Source of the DNA: Schizosaccharomyces osmophilus | Lineage: Eukaryota | NCBI RefSeq assembly: GCF_027921745.1 | Contig: NC_079239.1 | Span: 186,001 to 250,000, forward strand | DNA length: 64,000 nt | Direction: 5' to 3' | Shown here: positions 11,224 to 22,882 of the stretch, in pieces | Layout of the letters: each line of letters begins with the position of its first letter | How positions within the stretch are numbered: the first letter of the stretch is position 1 | Translations under genes and position numbers: made by a program | Notes under the pieces: model-generated | Told to the model about the DNA's origin: nothing | Databases searched by the model: none | What the model saw: only the letters and a program-made list of their open reading frames with translations

Positions 11224-12945
11224 TTAACGAAATTTATAATGCTGCAATGACAAAACCCCTTTAGGGCGTTCAGGTAATGAAGGGGACGACGGCTTGGAAG
11301 ACACAGTCGACTTTGACTGTAAAGGTAATGAACGTCCAGTCCTTCGGTTTAAAGCATCTTGGCCAATTTTGCTTAACGGTGTTGATGGACGTGACATCGC
11401 TGAGGACTTGTACGAAAACGAAGAAAACCAGCTTTTTGGAGCTGGCGAAGGAGAAGTAATCGAAATGTTCTCCTTTTCATCTTTCTGAGACGCCTCATTA
11501 ATGATATGTTTTTCATCGGGCTTCTTCTGAGAAAAGTATTTGCTACTCCCACCTGGTGCAGAAAATGGAGCAATGTTTTCACTCTTTCTCACCAAATGGC
11601 TAATGTCTGACAAAGATTTGCCAAATTGTCGCGGCTCTGAAGAAGTCTTCGTTGGTGACGGTAATTCCTGTTGGGGCGTTTTTATATGGTTATTTTCGTT
11701 TTCACTCTCCTTTACGGTAGCTAAAGGTTCCTGCTTTTGAGGTGTTACGAATTTGTCCAATGGCTTTTCTTGACTGGGAATACAACCCATGCTGGAAATT
11801 TTCTTTGGGCGCTTGTTTGGTGGTCGTGTTCCCATAAAGAAGGTAGAAATGTCCGTCTTGGTTATACCCTTTCTCTTTGTAGATTCAGAATTGTTCTCTT
11901 GTTGGTGGAAGCTGTTGTCTGTCAACGGATTCTTTGCGGTAAAAGCGATTTTAGTCACTGGATCAAATCTACCCTCGGCAATTGCAATTGCTATTTGGTC
12001 TTCGATGAAAGGACCAATATAAGAGTCCTCTTCAGGAGTCATCTCTCTCGTTGTTGGTGACAGATGCACTATACGTTTCAGTTTAGGGCAATAAACCCTC
12101 TGATGCATAAAAGCAAGGTCTGCTAATAAAAATTCTTTCTCAAAAGCAATTGGTACTTTGAGACTTTTGTCAAGACGCATCGCACGGATAGCAGCACGAG
12201 GATCATGATATCGAAGAATATAACGTAAAGCCGTCTTTAAACCCATTCCAGCGATGCCGTCTGTATAATCACATCCCGAAAAGATTGACATATGGCGAAA
12301 CTTTTCATCAGACAGGAGCCTCAAATCTACCTCTTGCTTTTTAAAAAGGTCCTCACGCTGTATCTTAACGCAATTTCCGAAACTATCCATTTTGAAGAGA
12401 ACTTGTTTTGCTCCAAAAACAAGCATATCAGAATCCTCCGTAATAATGCCATCGATGATCCTTTCTTTCTCTAAATAAACAAGTTGAGAATCTGCTTCGT
12501 ATGGCGCTACTATCGATGAAATTCCATGCTCCTTCAATGCAGCTATTACTTTTGCTGCCATTTCAGGTGTAACATCGACGCAATGAGAGAATTGAGCAAA
12601 TGCTTGACCTTTCTTTCCTTCATCCCACAGTTGTTTTGCAAATCTGAAAGCTTCTTCCCGGCGCTCTTTCCTTTTTTGCTCAGTAGGTGCTTTGCAAGGC
12701 AAAGGTCCTCCATCGAAGACAATAATTGGTTTTACACCATAATACTGAAGCATTAAAGCTTGATGGACTGCATATTTGATGTATTTATCTGTGTCTTTTT
12801 GCATTGCCAGTTCATGAGCACATGTAAACACACCTTTGTGTAGCCAAACATAACCATCAACTCCCAATGTTTTACCTGAGAACTCCTCTACGTGGGAGGG
12901 AGTTTGAGAGGACTTTAAGAATCCTAATAGTCCCTTAATTCCCAT
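11224..12945 (-). CDS. exo1: Exonuclease 1 (XPG/Rad2 family)
   Basis: Start at ATG 12945 (MGIKGLL). Motifs VDGYVWLHKG, APYEADSQL, ITEDSDMLVFG and H3TH GCDY; Mlh1-interaction (MIP)-like SSKYF; 573 aa. Confidence 0.95.
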   Translation of the reverse strand: MGIKGLLGFLKSSQTPSHVEEFSGKTLGVDGYVWLHKGVFTCAHELAMQKDTDKYIKYAVHQALMLQYYGVKPIIVFDGGPLPCKAPTEQKRKERREEAFRFAKQLWDEGKKGQAFAQFSHCVDVTPEMAAKVIAALKEHGISSIVAPYEADSQLVYLEKERIIDGIITEDSDMLVFGAKQVLFKMDSFGNCVKIQREDLFKKQEVDLRLLSDEKFRHMSIFSGCDYTDGIAGMGLKTALRYILRYHDPRAAIRAMRLDKSLKVPIAFEKEFLLADLAFMHQRVYCPKLKRIVHLSPTTREMTPEEDSYIGPFIEDQIAIAIAEGRFDPVTKIAFTAKNPLTDNSFHQQENNSESTKRKGITKTDISTFFMGTRPPNKRPKKISSMGCIPSQEKPLDKFVTPQKQEPLATVKESENENNHIKTPQQELPSPTKTSSEPRQFGKSLSDISHLVRKSENIAPFSAPGGSSKYFSQKKPDEKHIINEASQKDEKENISITSPSPAPKSWFSSFSYKSSAMSRPSTPLSKIGQDALNRRTGRSLPLQSKSTVSSKPSSPSLPERPKGVLSLQHYKFR

Positions 12946-13389
12946 AGTACGAGGAGCATCCGCCGTAAATAGAAAAGAGTGACGAGAATGGTTATTATGC
13001 TCTTTCTCGATTCCACAAAGGACAACATTCAGCAAATAAGGACGCATTAGGATACGGTAAATGGATATCTATTATTAACTATAAACAGAAAAAGAAAAAA
13101 AAAAGGAATTAGACACATTAAAATACAAATACTTAAATAAAACATTGCTATTCGTATTGTTGTACGTAGCTAAGATATGTATCACAAAAGCAATTATCCC
13201 TAAACTATTAAAAGAAACCAAGGTAAAGAACGCAACATTTGTGCTCACAATCTAGTGTTCTGATTTTGCATCGTTCTAAGCAAGTTGGAAATCATATTTC
13301 AGCAACGTTTCCTATAAATAATCATCTTGTAAAGCTGTCATAAACATATAATATGTGAAAGGGTTCAGATAACCATTGAATAAATTAAA

Positions 13390-16300
13390 TTATTGGGCAT
13401 AAGCTTCCAACTGATAGAATGTTAGTAAAAGTATTCATAAAACTTACAAGGGAGAAACTTACATTAATAGAAAGTGTTTTTGAAGAATTCTGATCTTGAT
13501 CGCGGTAAATTCCTACCAAGGCTTCAGATTTGCTGAATAGCTGGTTTTTGAGAGATATTACGACGAATTGGAAACCGTTCGAGGCATGGTGACGAATATA
13601 ATTGGCAATTTTTGAAACATTGGTCTGGTCCAAAGCTGCATCAATCTCGTCAAGTACGAAAAATGGAGAAGGCTGATATGAATGTATCGCAAACAGTAAA
13701 GCCAGAGCCGCCATTGTCTTTTCACCTCCTGATAACTGATCCATATCTCGGAACCGTTTCATCGGAGGCATAGCATGAAATCTAATACCTCCTAAGTATG
13801 GCTCATCTGAATCATCAAGGGTCAAATAAGCGGTACCACCAAGTGGAAAAGCTGAACTTTTTGTTAATTCTTTGTAAATGGGGTCAATCTGTTCAGAAAT
13901 ATGATTAAACGCCTCGTGGAACCTTTTTAGGCGCTGTTCTTTGACTGTGTTAAATCGTTCTTTGGCATTTTTCGCCGACTTTCGGGCATCTCCGAACTCA
14001 TCATCCAAACGTGAAAGCCGTTGCTCAACTACTTCGAGTCTTTCCATTGCTTTCATATTTGGCGACATTTTTTCAAGCTCCTCGTCGTACTCACGTAACT
14101 TTTCTTGAAGAACAGTACCCATACTCTCGGAACCATCCTCCTTCAATTCATCGTCCAGCTCCTCATAGTCCACCTCAATACCAAACTTATTGAAAGCGGC
14201 TTGTACAGTTTGATTGCCGCTGTCAATAACCATTGCTTCGGTATCTTGTCCAAAGTCATCTATAGGGATGTTGGATAACGACCCGTCAGATAACGGAAGA
14301 GAAATGTCTTCAAGTTTACATTTCCTCACAATTGCATGCCAATCTGAAACAAAACGTTCAATTTCCGATTCGACAAGGGTCACATCATTCCTGAGCTTAG
14401 TAATTTCAGCTAAGAAGCGCTTGGACTCTAATTTGTGTTGAGCTATCGTTCGCAAAACTTCATCATTTTTAGACTTCGTTTCGGAAGATTCCTCTTTTAA
14501 TAGGTCTAATTCGGCTTCAGCCGTGGCAACCTCTGTTTCTAAAGCTTCGTGCTTTTGCTCATATTCTTTAATCGATTCTTCGTCCTTGCGAATAAAGTCC
14601 TTCAATCTATTTAATCGAACCTCAATATCGGAAGTTCTTTGTCGCTCAAAGCCCATCCGGTTTTCCAGCAAAGCCTTCTGATTCGCAAACTCAAGTTGCT
14701 TTTGCGAGTATTGCTGAGTAAAGGACCTTTGCAATTCCTCATAAGACCGAATATTTGTAATTTTTGTTCGTTTACAAAAGTTCACGAATATTTTGTCTTC
14801 AATTACATGAGTCTGCTGAAGAAGTTCATTTTGAGATTCTTCCATTGTCGACAGCTCTCGTTCAGAAGACTCCAGTTCTGGTTTCTTTCTTCTATAAAGC
14901 TCGTTAAAGTGATCTAACTCCTTTTGTTTGTCTTCTAAGGATCTTAATTTAGCGTTAAGGCTTTCTTTCATCAGAGATAATTCAGATTCAAGATTGTGTA
15001 AATTAATTGTATCTTGCTCCACTACCAAAGACGCCATCTTTTCGCTCTGTATCCTGTCAATCCGCGACATTAAATCATTCTGAGTTTGCTTAAGCTGTTC
15101 TATTTCACGATCATCCCAACGTTTTGCTGACCTTGTATTAGAAGACCCACCAGTAATCAAGCCGGTCTTATGGATTACGGTACCTTCCAAGGTAACAGTC
15201 TTAGCATTGGCACGTTTGCTATATGATAAATCTCGGGCAACATTCAAATTATCACAAATCAGTGTGTTTCCAAGGGCACTTACGATGACTCGTTCATATT
15301 GAGGTTCAAAATTTACAACATCAATGGCCAAGCGAGCGCCTGCATGTGTACCACGAAAGCTTTGGTTTATAGGTTTGACAGCAACTGTGTCCATCGGTAG
15401 GAAGGTCATTACACCGATACGCTGCTCCCTAATGTAATCAATACATTCCTTCGCAATAGCCTGTGATCCAACAACAATGGCATCAAAGTTTCTACCTAAA
15501 GCGGCGATGAGAGCACTTTCGTATTTTTTTTGAGTGGGGCTGCATAAATCAATAACTCTTCCTTTGACTCCAGGATAAATGCGCTTTAATGCGTAAAGCG
15601 CTTCTCGCTTTTTTACATCTTGATTCGATTCATTTCTATCTGCATTGGCTTCAATTAGTTTTTGTAAACAAATATGTAATTCGTCATTTAGGTCACGCTC
15701 TTGCTGACACAAGTGAGTATAGTTTGCACGTTTTTGTTGTATGGATTGGCGGACGGACTCCAAATCTTCAATTCGGCGATTAACCTCGGCTATAAGAGCA
15801 AACTTTCCCTCTATTAAGTTATTAATCTGTTCCTTGGATTGTGTTTTTCTTGATTTTAAATCTTCAACTACTTCCGCTAATGCATTTTTAGCTTGCGAAG
15901 CAACTTTGACTCTGCGATTTAATGATTGAAGCTGTGTAAGAGTTTTGGAATTTTGCAAATCAGCTTGGGTTCGCAAGTTATCATAGTTTTTTTGATCTTC
16001 CGGTGTAAGTTTATGAACACGTTGCTCTTCGCGTTCATGAATATTTCGGATTAGTTGTTCTTCAGCAGCATTTAGTGATGCAAGCTGTTCCTCTAGTATT
16101 TGTAATGTACTAGACTGAGAAGTATAGTCTTTTTCAACTTCTCCAACTTTTCTTTGAATTTTTTGCAGATTCACGCTTGATTCCGATGCTTTTTCAGCAA
16201 GAGAAATTAATTCTGGTCGCTTAGAAGCAATGGACTTTTCTTGCTTACAAACTTTTCTATCAAATAAAAGTAACTGTCGATGAATTGCACCTTCTTGCTC

Positions 16301-17134
16301 GCGTAAAGAATCAACTTTAGCCGAAGATGTTTCTTGACGTTTGGTGAGTTCACTAGTTGAGTTTCGAAATTTCTCAATATCTCTTATATTGGAGTGAATG
16401 CTTTTTTCAATGTGGTACATTTTCCATAATAGAAAAATTAACGAGGCAATATCTCTCTGCTCTTTCTTGCTTTCATAAACTTCTGCCTCGGCTTTCTGTT
16501 CCTGATATTGTTTTATTTCAGCATTTATGCCCCTTTTCTTGTTAAACGAATGTGCTGAAAGGTTAACGGCATAATCTTGCTCTTGTTTGTACTTTTCATA
16601 ATCACCTTTAAACTCCAAAGATCCACAAATTTGTTCTATCAAACGTGAAAGATCAACGGGGGATTGAGAAGCTATCGCTTCGACGTCTCCTTGGAAAACT
16701 AAAAAGTTCCTGGCTCGAACTAGAATATTCTGTTCTTCTAAAGACTTGCAATACTCCGAAAATTGAGTGGGTTTATCGTTAATTCTGTATTCAGTACTTC
16801 CATTAGGGGTTATAACGCGTTTATATTCGCGTTCTTCGGCATCATCTAATTCATATACCAGTTTTACATATGCGCTACGTGGAGTTTGAGAATCGTCAAA
16901 AGAAGTAGATCCTTGACTATTCATAACTCTTCCTCTATAAATTAGCTCGCGAATGTTTGACGATCGCAAATGAGAAGATTTCACACCTAAAACGAAAGAG
17001 ATGGCATCCATCAAATTCGATTTTCCTGAGCCATTCGGCCCAATGACTGATGTGAAGTCTTCAAAGGGTCCTATCGTTTGACATCCTCGATAGGACTTAA
17101 AATTTTCCACTTCTAATCGTAAAAGACGACCCAT
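13390..17134 (-). CDS. psm1: Cohesin SMC1 subunit Psm1, 2 exons
   Basis: Walker A GPNGSGKSN, hinge, signature LSGGEK, Walker B FFVLDEIDAALD. Exons 17134-13463 and 13410-13390 (intron GTAAGT..CTAAC..CAG) give a C-terminus ending LEAYAQ; 1230 aa. Confidence 0.95.
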
Positions 17135-17623
17135 CAAGGTTTTGGTTAAAGGAAGGGTGTTCGCAGCGACGCGCCTATATCTATACCAAGAAATGTGTGT
17201 GCAGTCGTCGCGGTAAGATTCGTTAATCCATTCAATTTTGAATGAGAAATAAGTAGATGAAACTGAAAGATACTTTTCTTTTTAAATTCAATCAAGTGAA
17301 TTTCTGTGAAATCTATATTCTCTGTTTCTGAAACGCCTCGTTAAAATTCCTTAGTAAACAGAACTTCGGATTGAGTCTCAAAGGGAATAAGTAAATAATT
17401 TAATGATTTATACTAGTTATAAAAGAAAAACAGTCAATTAAAGTCTTTCTGTGTCGTTACTTGATTTTGAGTACCTGTGAGTAAGAGAATGCTGACGGTT
17501 GTAAACACTACCATATCTCCTTTGGGAAGGCACAAACGCTAAAAAAAGTTGTTGGAAGCAGAATACGAAATTTGCTTGTACGATATAATCTTTCTTTTAA
17601 TTTACTGCTGAAAGCAAACGTTC

Positions 17624-19234
17624 ATGGACGTTGACGAGAATATATCAAGTAAATGTGAAATTGCTAGTCAAGATTCACAGAATGATCCAATTACTAAGGA
17701 GGAGGGCGGCTCTGAAGGGGCATATGCAAATAAAAATGATGGTGTAAATAATACTATGGACGTTGACGACTTACCTCTTTCAGAAGACTCAGCTTTGTCA
17801 AAGTCTAGTAAACGGAAGCGTACGAATACGGAATCCATAGAAGCTGCCAATGAACGAAAGCTAGAGCGGCAAAGAATTCAAGAAGAGAAGGCTAGGAAAA
17901 AAGAAGAAGATCGTCTTCGTCGTGAGCGAGAACGAGAGCAACGTGAGATAGAAAAAAAGCAACGAGAAGAAGAACGGCTGGCTGCGAAGAAGAAGCGTGA
18001 ACTAGAAAAAATGGAGAAGGAACTTGAACAGCAAAAGAAAAAAGAAGAACGGGATCAAAAACAAAGAGAAAAGGAAGAGGCATTGCGCGTTAAACAAGAA
18101 CAATTCGCTAGTAGAGAAAAGCAGCAGCTCAAATTGAATAATTTCTTCTCTAGAGGGAAAGCCTCTAACAAAGAGTCTCCCGTCAGAGAACAGGAACAAC
18201 CAGCAACGGACTTTGATAAGACCTTTCGTCCCTTCTTTTTGAAAAGCCAAACAGCATTTGCAAAATTTCCTCCTTGTGCGCATTCTTTTGATCAATTGGA
18301 TAAGCTATTGACTTCCACCTCTGATGACTCATTAACTATTAAAAAATTACTTTCTTCGAGTCGCTCTTCCCGGTCTACAACAAAACCACCTCTTGCAGGA
18401 TCGCCGAAAGGCTTCCAATCTCAGTGGGTAAAACAATGCATGGAAAGGTTTCAGGATCCAATCACCAGTAATCCAGAAGATATATTACAACAGGTCTCTA
18501 AAGCCCCCATAAAACTTATATACTTTGCTGAGGACATTCGTCCTCCTTATTTCGGAACGTTTACCAAACAGCACACTGAGGAAGACGTATACGTCAATCC
18601 ATGGCTTGAAGACAAGAGTATAGATTATGGCTATGATTCCGAAGCTGAATGGGTTGCTGATGATGAAGAAGGCGAAGATTTGGATAGCGAAGATGATGAG
18701 CTGGATAATTCAGATGACAATTTGGATGAGGCAGATGCTGGTTTTGTCGATGACGATAATGATAAAGAAAGTGCTTCATCTGAAAGAGCAAATGGTTTGG
18801 TTGGTCCTTTACAGCCGATTATCGAAGGGCCATGCTGGGACTCTAATTTTCTCTCTGATTTTTCATGTATCTCTTTGCTAGATCCTATAACGCCTTTCTC
18901 TACTTCCTCTAGCTTTCGAATCAATCCTCAAAAAAATTATTGGGCTCCTCGGGGACGTTCATCAGAAGTATCAGTTTCTTCTACTACCCAAGATACTTCC
19001 CCTTCTAGCTTACAGGTAAAATTACCTTCTGAAGATCTACCAAACTTCCTCGGCTATATCATCAAATCCCACGAAAACAAAATCCTTTTAATTGAACATC
19101 TACGACAACTCTTTCCTCATGTCACTAAGAATGTTATAAGTGACACCCTCAACAAGGTCGCCGTTCGCCGTGGTAAAGCTGTTTCCGATGGTTGGGATAT
19201 TAAACAAGAATTTCAGTCATTCCTTTCTTCTTAG
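17624..19234 (+). CDS. pcf1: CAF-1 large subunit (Cac1/p150)
   Basis: KER coiled coil, PIP box QLKLNNFF, FAEDIRPPYFGT and DYGYDSEAEW motifs, acidic ED tract, C-terminal winged helix. Confidence 0.93.
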   Translation: MDVDENISSKCEIASQDSQNDPITKEEGGSEGAYANKNDGVNNTMDVDDLPLSEDSALSKSSKRKRTNTESIEAANERKLERQRIQEEKARKKEEDRLRREREREQREIEKKQREEERLAAKKKRELEKMEKELEQQKKKEERDQKQREKEEALRVKQEQFASREKQQLKLNNFFSRGKASNKESPVREQEQPATDFDKTFRPFFLKSQTAFAKFPPCAHSFDQLDKLLTSTSDDSLTIKKLLSSSRSSRSTTKPPLAGSPKGFQSQWVKQCMERFQDPITSNPEDILQQVSKAPIKLIYFAEDIRPPYFGTFTKQHTEEDVYVNPWLEDKSIDYGYDSEAEWVADDEEGEDLDSEDDELDNSDDNLDEADAGFVDDDNDKESASSERANGLVGPLQPIIEGPCWDSNFLSDFSCISLLDPITPFSTSSSFRINPQKNYWAPRGRSSEVSVSSTTQDTSPSSLQVKLPSEDLPNFLGYIIKSHENKILLIEHLRQLFPHVTKNVISDTLNKVAVRRGKAVSDGWDIKQEFQSFLSS

Positions 19235-19450
19235 TGCCGGCTAAAAATTACTCTAGTGTTCTGACATCGTCAAAGATCCAACACATGTAACTTTAGTTTT
19301 ATAAGTTTATTCGCTAAAACACCAATTCTCTGTCCACTAATTATTGTATATTATTAATTTAATCATTACCACTATAAGGCTCATTATATATTCCTCTAGT
19401 TTATAACACTAGTATATAGTAAATTTGAAATCCGAAAACACTCTTTATAA

Positions 19451-19486
19451 GTTTCAAGGTTCATTTGGTTTCACTTTCAGGTTTCA
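19451..19486 (-). promoter_or_regulatory. DSR-like (Mmi1-binding UNAAAC) cluster in spo5 3' UTR
   Basis: + strand GTTTCA at 19451, 19468 and 19481 = three UGAAAC hexamers in 36 nt of the mRNA, just downstream of the stop codon. Confidence 0.6.
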
Positions 19487-19536
19487 GTTTTATACGTTCG
19501 CGAAGGTTTTGTTAATAAACGTTTCTTTTCATGTGC

Positions 19537-21381
19537 TTAGTTAACACCTGCAGCACCCACGTTGCTCTGCACTTTATATCCCGGGTAAGCAACCTTGGGT
19601 ATTGAAGTTTCATGATTCACCGGATATGCAGAGGCCGGAGGATACATATTCTGCCAGCCATAATTGTCATAAACTGGACTGCTGGCATAGACATTGTTGT
19701 CTACAGGCATATACAAATTCATTTTAGGATACATAGACACAGATGGCGCTTCTGTCCGGTCTATTTTTGTATATGCATCGTTTAAAGCCGTAATACTCTT
19801 GGTGAGAACATTATACTCACGAGCACGCCACATACGTCTTTTCTGAGTCTGACCTTTAAATTTCTTTTGCTCAGCAGAATCTGCAAAACGAATTTGTAAA
19901 GGAGGTAAGGTTGGGTCAATGAAATAATCATTGAAACGTTCAATGATTTCCTCAGCCACGAAGCGATCCTGCATACGAGCAAAACCAACGCCTCGAGATT
20001 GATTTTTGGAATCACGAAGCACACGATTCGATACGATTCTATGCGGTTTGAAAAGGTTGCAAATATCATCCTCGTTCCAGCGGAGAGGAAGATTTGAAAT
20101 ATAGAGATTCGTACTTTCCTTATCTTGAAGGTTTTGCAACCTGGCGCTAAAACTCTCTTTAGCAAACGAGCATTGATATCCACACAAGGTCATAGCAGAT
20201 ATGCATAATGCTGCGGACTTGAGCTCTTCAAAGCAAGCAAAGCCGAAGCCTTTACACATGTTGCTACTAACGTCAATAATGGCCTTACTACTCATAACTT
20301 TACCAAAGCGGTTGCAGTACAGCAGTAAAGTTTCATCGGTAGTAGAAGGGGGAAGGCCACGAATGTAAACATTCTTTGTTCTGCCTGGATTTTCCGTCTT
20401 TTTTTCTTCCTGAGATATGGGAAACATACTAGGAATAGCTGGAGGAATGGCAGGATGCATAGACACAAGGCGAGTGAGATAAGCATTTTGCTGCTTTGTT
20501 TCGGGTTTTACGTCAATGTCCGTTCTGAATGTATCCTCGGATTCAGAACGTGGAGTTTCTCTTGGTTGTGTATAAGGAGGCATATTTGGGGAGGTTGCAT
20601 GGTATCCCGAAGAGTTTCGAGAGACAGCTGGATTAGGAGGCACAGACATATAGGCTGGTTGATTTAAATATGGAACATTCGGCTGTCCTACCTGGGATAC
20701 TGGAGGATACATTGAAGTGTTCTGAGGGGCATGTACAGCCATTAGCTGCTGTGTAACTCCATTGGAAACATAAGGTTTCATATAAGGATGAGTTCCATTC
20801 ATTGGATAATGTTGATTAGGCTGCTGAGTCTGCCATTGCGACCCGTAGCAAGAAGGTGTTGCAGCAGAAACACCATATGGAGGACGGTAAGCACCGACAT
20901 CAGCACGTCCACTTGGTGCTTGTTGAGAGGCATAATAAGGAGGATAGTATGAACCGGATAAATAAGGATTAGGCTGCGGGACACCAGTAACATTGTTGTT
21001 ACTTATATAAGTATTAGATTCTGGGAAGCGAGTTTGAGTAATAGGTTCGTTAATATATTGTTCGGTTTGAGCATTCATGTAATAGTCGTTGTTTTGACTT
21101 GTATACTGAGAATGTACACCTTGGTAATGTCTACGTTGGGAACCAGGTGTTTGATCACTTGACATTACCATATCGCTGGATCCACGAGTTGTGTTAGGGC
21201 TTGAGCCAGGAGTCAGTAAAACTACTCCTGAATCGACACTTTCAGTCTTCTTAATCTCATTGCTTAAGAGTTCGACCGTTGTTTGGCTCGTAGGTGTTGG
21301 TAATTCAGTCGTCGAGAGAGGATCGTGAATTGAAGAAGACATAAGCCTCTGATCTTTCGTAGGAGTACTTAATTCCTGCAT
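19537..21381 (-). CDS. spo5: Meiotic RNA-binding protein Spo5 (two RRMs)
   Basis: Low-complexity P/Q/Y/N N-terminus; RRM1 NVYIRGLP/KGFGFACF; RRM2 NLYISNLP/RGVGFARM; synteny. Confidence 0.88.
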   Translation of the reverse strand: MQELSTPTKDQRLMSSSIHDPLSTTELPTPTSQTTVELLSNEIKKTESVDSGVVLLTPGSSPNTTRGSSDMVMSSDQTPGSQRRHYQGVHSQYTSQNNDYYMNAQTEQYINEPITQTRFPESNTYISNNNVTGVPQPNPYLSGSYYPPYYASQQAPSGRADVGAYRPPYGVSAATPSCYGSQWQTQQPNQHYPMNGTHPYMKPYVSNGVTQQLMAVHAPQNTSMYPPVSQVGQPNVPYLNQPAYMSVPPNPAVSRNSSGYHATSPNMPPYTQPRETPRSESEDTFRTDIDVKPETKQQNAYLTRLVSMHPAIPPAIPSMFPISQEEKKTENPGRTKNVYIRGLPPSTTDETLLLYCNRFGKVMSSKAIIDVSSNMCKGFGFACFEELKSAALCISAMTLCGYQCSFAKESFSARLQNLQDKESTNLYISNLPLRWNEDDICNLFKPHRIVSNRVLRDSKNQSRGVGFARMQDRFVAEEIIERFNDYFIDPTLPPLQIRFADSAEQKKFKGQTQKRRMWRAREYNVLTKSITALNDAYTKIDRTEAPSVSMYPKMNLYMPVDNNVYASSPVYDNYGWQNMYPPASAYPVNHETSIPKVAYPGYKVQSNVGAAGVN

Positions 21382-22467
21382 AATATTAAATATTCTATTG
21401 AAATAAAAGTAGATATACTACAAATCTTGTTTTAAGGAGGAATTGGTTGTTGGTAAGTTTGTTTTGCATGGATTTGCTAAATAATGCAATCAAAACAAAC
21501 AACCAGTACGCATATACTACGATTGCATACATGTTTGTCTTCATAAAATGAATTTTGAATAACTACTTTAGATGGTTTGTGTTTTAATTTTCTCTGCAAT
21601 TCTATATTATTCGGTCACAAGTATCGACTTTTTCTCAAGGAGAACTTTTCAAGGGCCGACGCGAGACAGGATTTCTTAAATAAGATCGTACTGTGGTACT
21701 TGCATGAGTTCATAATATTATATAAACTTCTAATTTGGTGTTCTCGTGTAAAATAGCTTTTGATGTTATCAAAAGGATAATAGCAATGTTAATTCACTTG
21801 TATGAACAAAGATTATATTGTAGATTAACTAAGAAAAGTAACGAGTAGCTCTGCTTACATCTATAAGGATGTTTATCCCTGAACGTTGTTTGGAGTTAAT
21901 TTACCTTGTAAACAAAAGAGTCTCAACAGGAAACAAATGACTTTCTATTCTAATTGAGTCTCATATTGTTCATTAAGGCTATTTCTGATGCATTTCAACA
22001 GCATTTATGTCGCTAATTTAATTATATATCTTAAAGGAAGTACAGAGTAGAGGTCTTTGACTAATGAATTATGAGTGAAATTGGCTTTGACAACGTCGAA
22101 TTGGATATCTAGTTGCTTCCCAAAATAATAACAAGCAACTTTGTTGAATCGTATCTCTGAATTAGTTGTTCCAGGCAGTGTTAAGAAGCTCTTTCTAACT
22201 TTACCAACTTTTGATCATCCATTGTTTGTTAGCAGTAAACCTTTCAACAAATCTAATCAGATGAATTGAAATTTGCAAAAGTCATTGGGAATTTTACTGT
22301 GTTTCCTACAGTTGGATTTCACAAGGTTGACATTCCTCGTTTTCTCTTTCAATGTGAACTTACTCTGTGATTATTTTATTTTATAAACTCCAATCAATTA
22401 CACATAGAATTTAAGAAATTTACATTCCATTCCTTCGGCAAATTTTTTTTTTTTTTATTACATTTCA

Positions 22468-22509
22468 TGTTTGTTTACATAAGAAGTAGCAAAGTAACAG
22501 TAAACAAAT
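22468..22509. promoter_or_regulatory. Pair of FLEX/forkhead (Mei4/Fkh2-type) sites upstream of spo5
   Basis: TGTTTGTTTAC at 22468-22478 (rc GTAAACAAACA) and GTAAACAAAT at 22500-22509; another GTAAACA at 21908. Confidence 0.55.
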
Positions 22510-22882
22510 CGCATATTTCCACAATTGTTCGTTGATCCAAAGATTCTCCATTATCGTCTAATTCAAAAACCATAGGTTTCTAGTTTCTTTTTCATACCTA
22601 AATAACTATCTCAATCATTTTCTATAGTCTTTGAAGAGTTTATAGATAGTACTTTAACTCTGATACACCATATTCTAATGAGCGATCCGTTCACAAAGGA
22701 ACTTTACCCTTTACAATGTATTTGGTTACTTTTTTTACTATGCAATTAATATACTCGAGATATCCAAACACATAAGAATTCTAATTTATCTAATCAATTA
22801 TGTAACACTGTTCACAAACATCAAAGCATATTTGAAATAACTTTTTATAACTTACAAGCAACTTCACGACAGAAACAGCACT

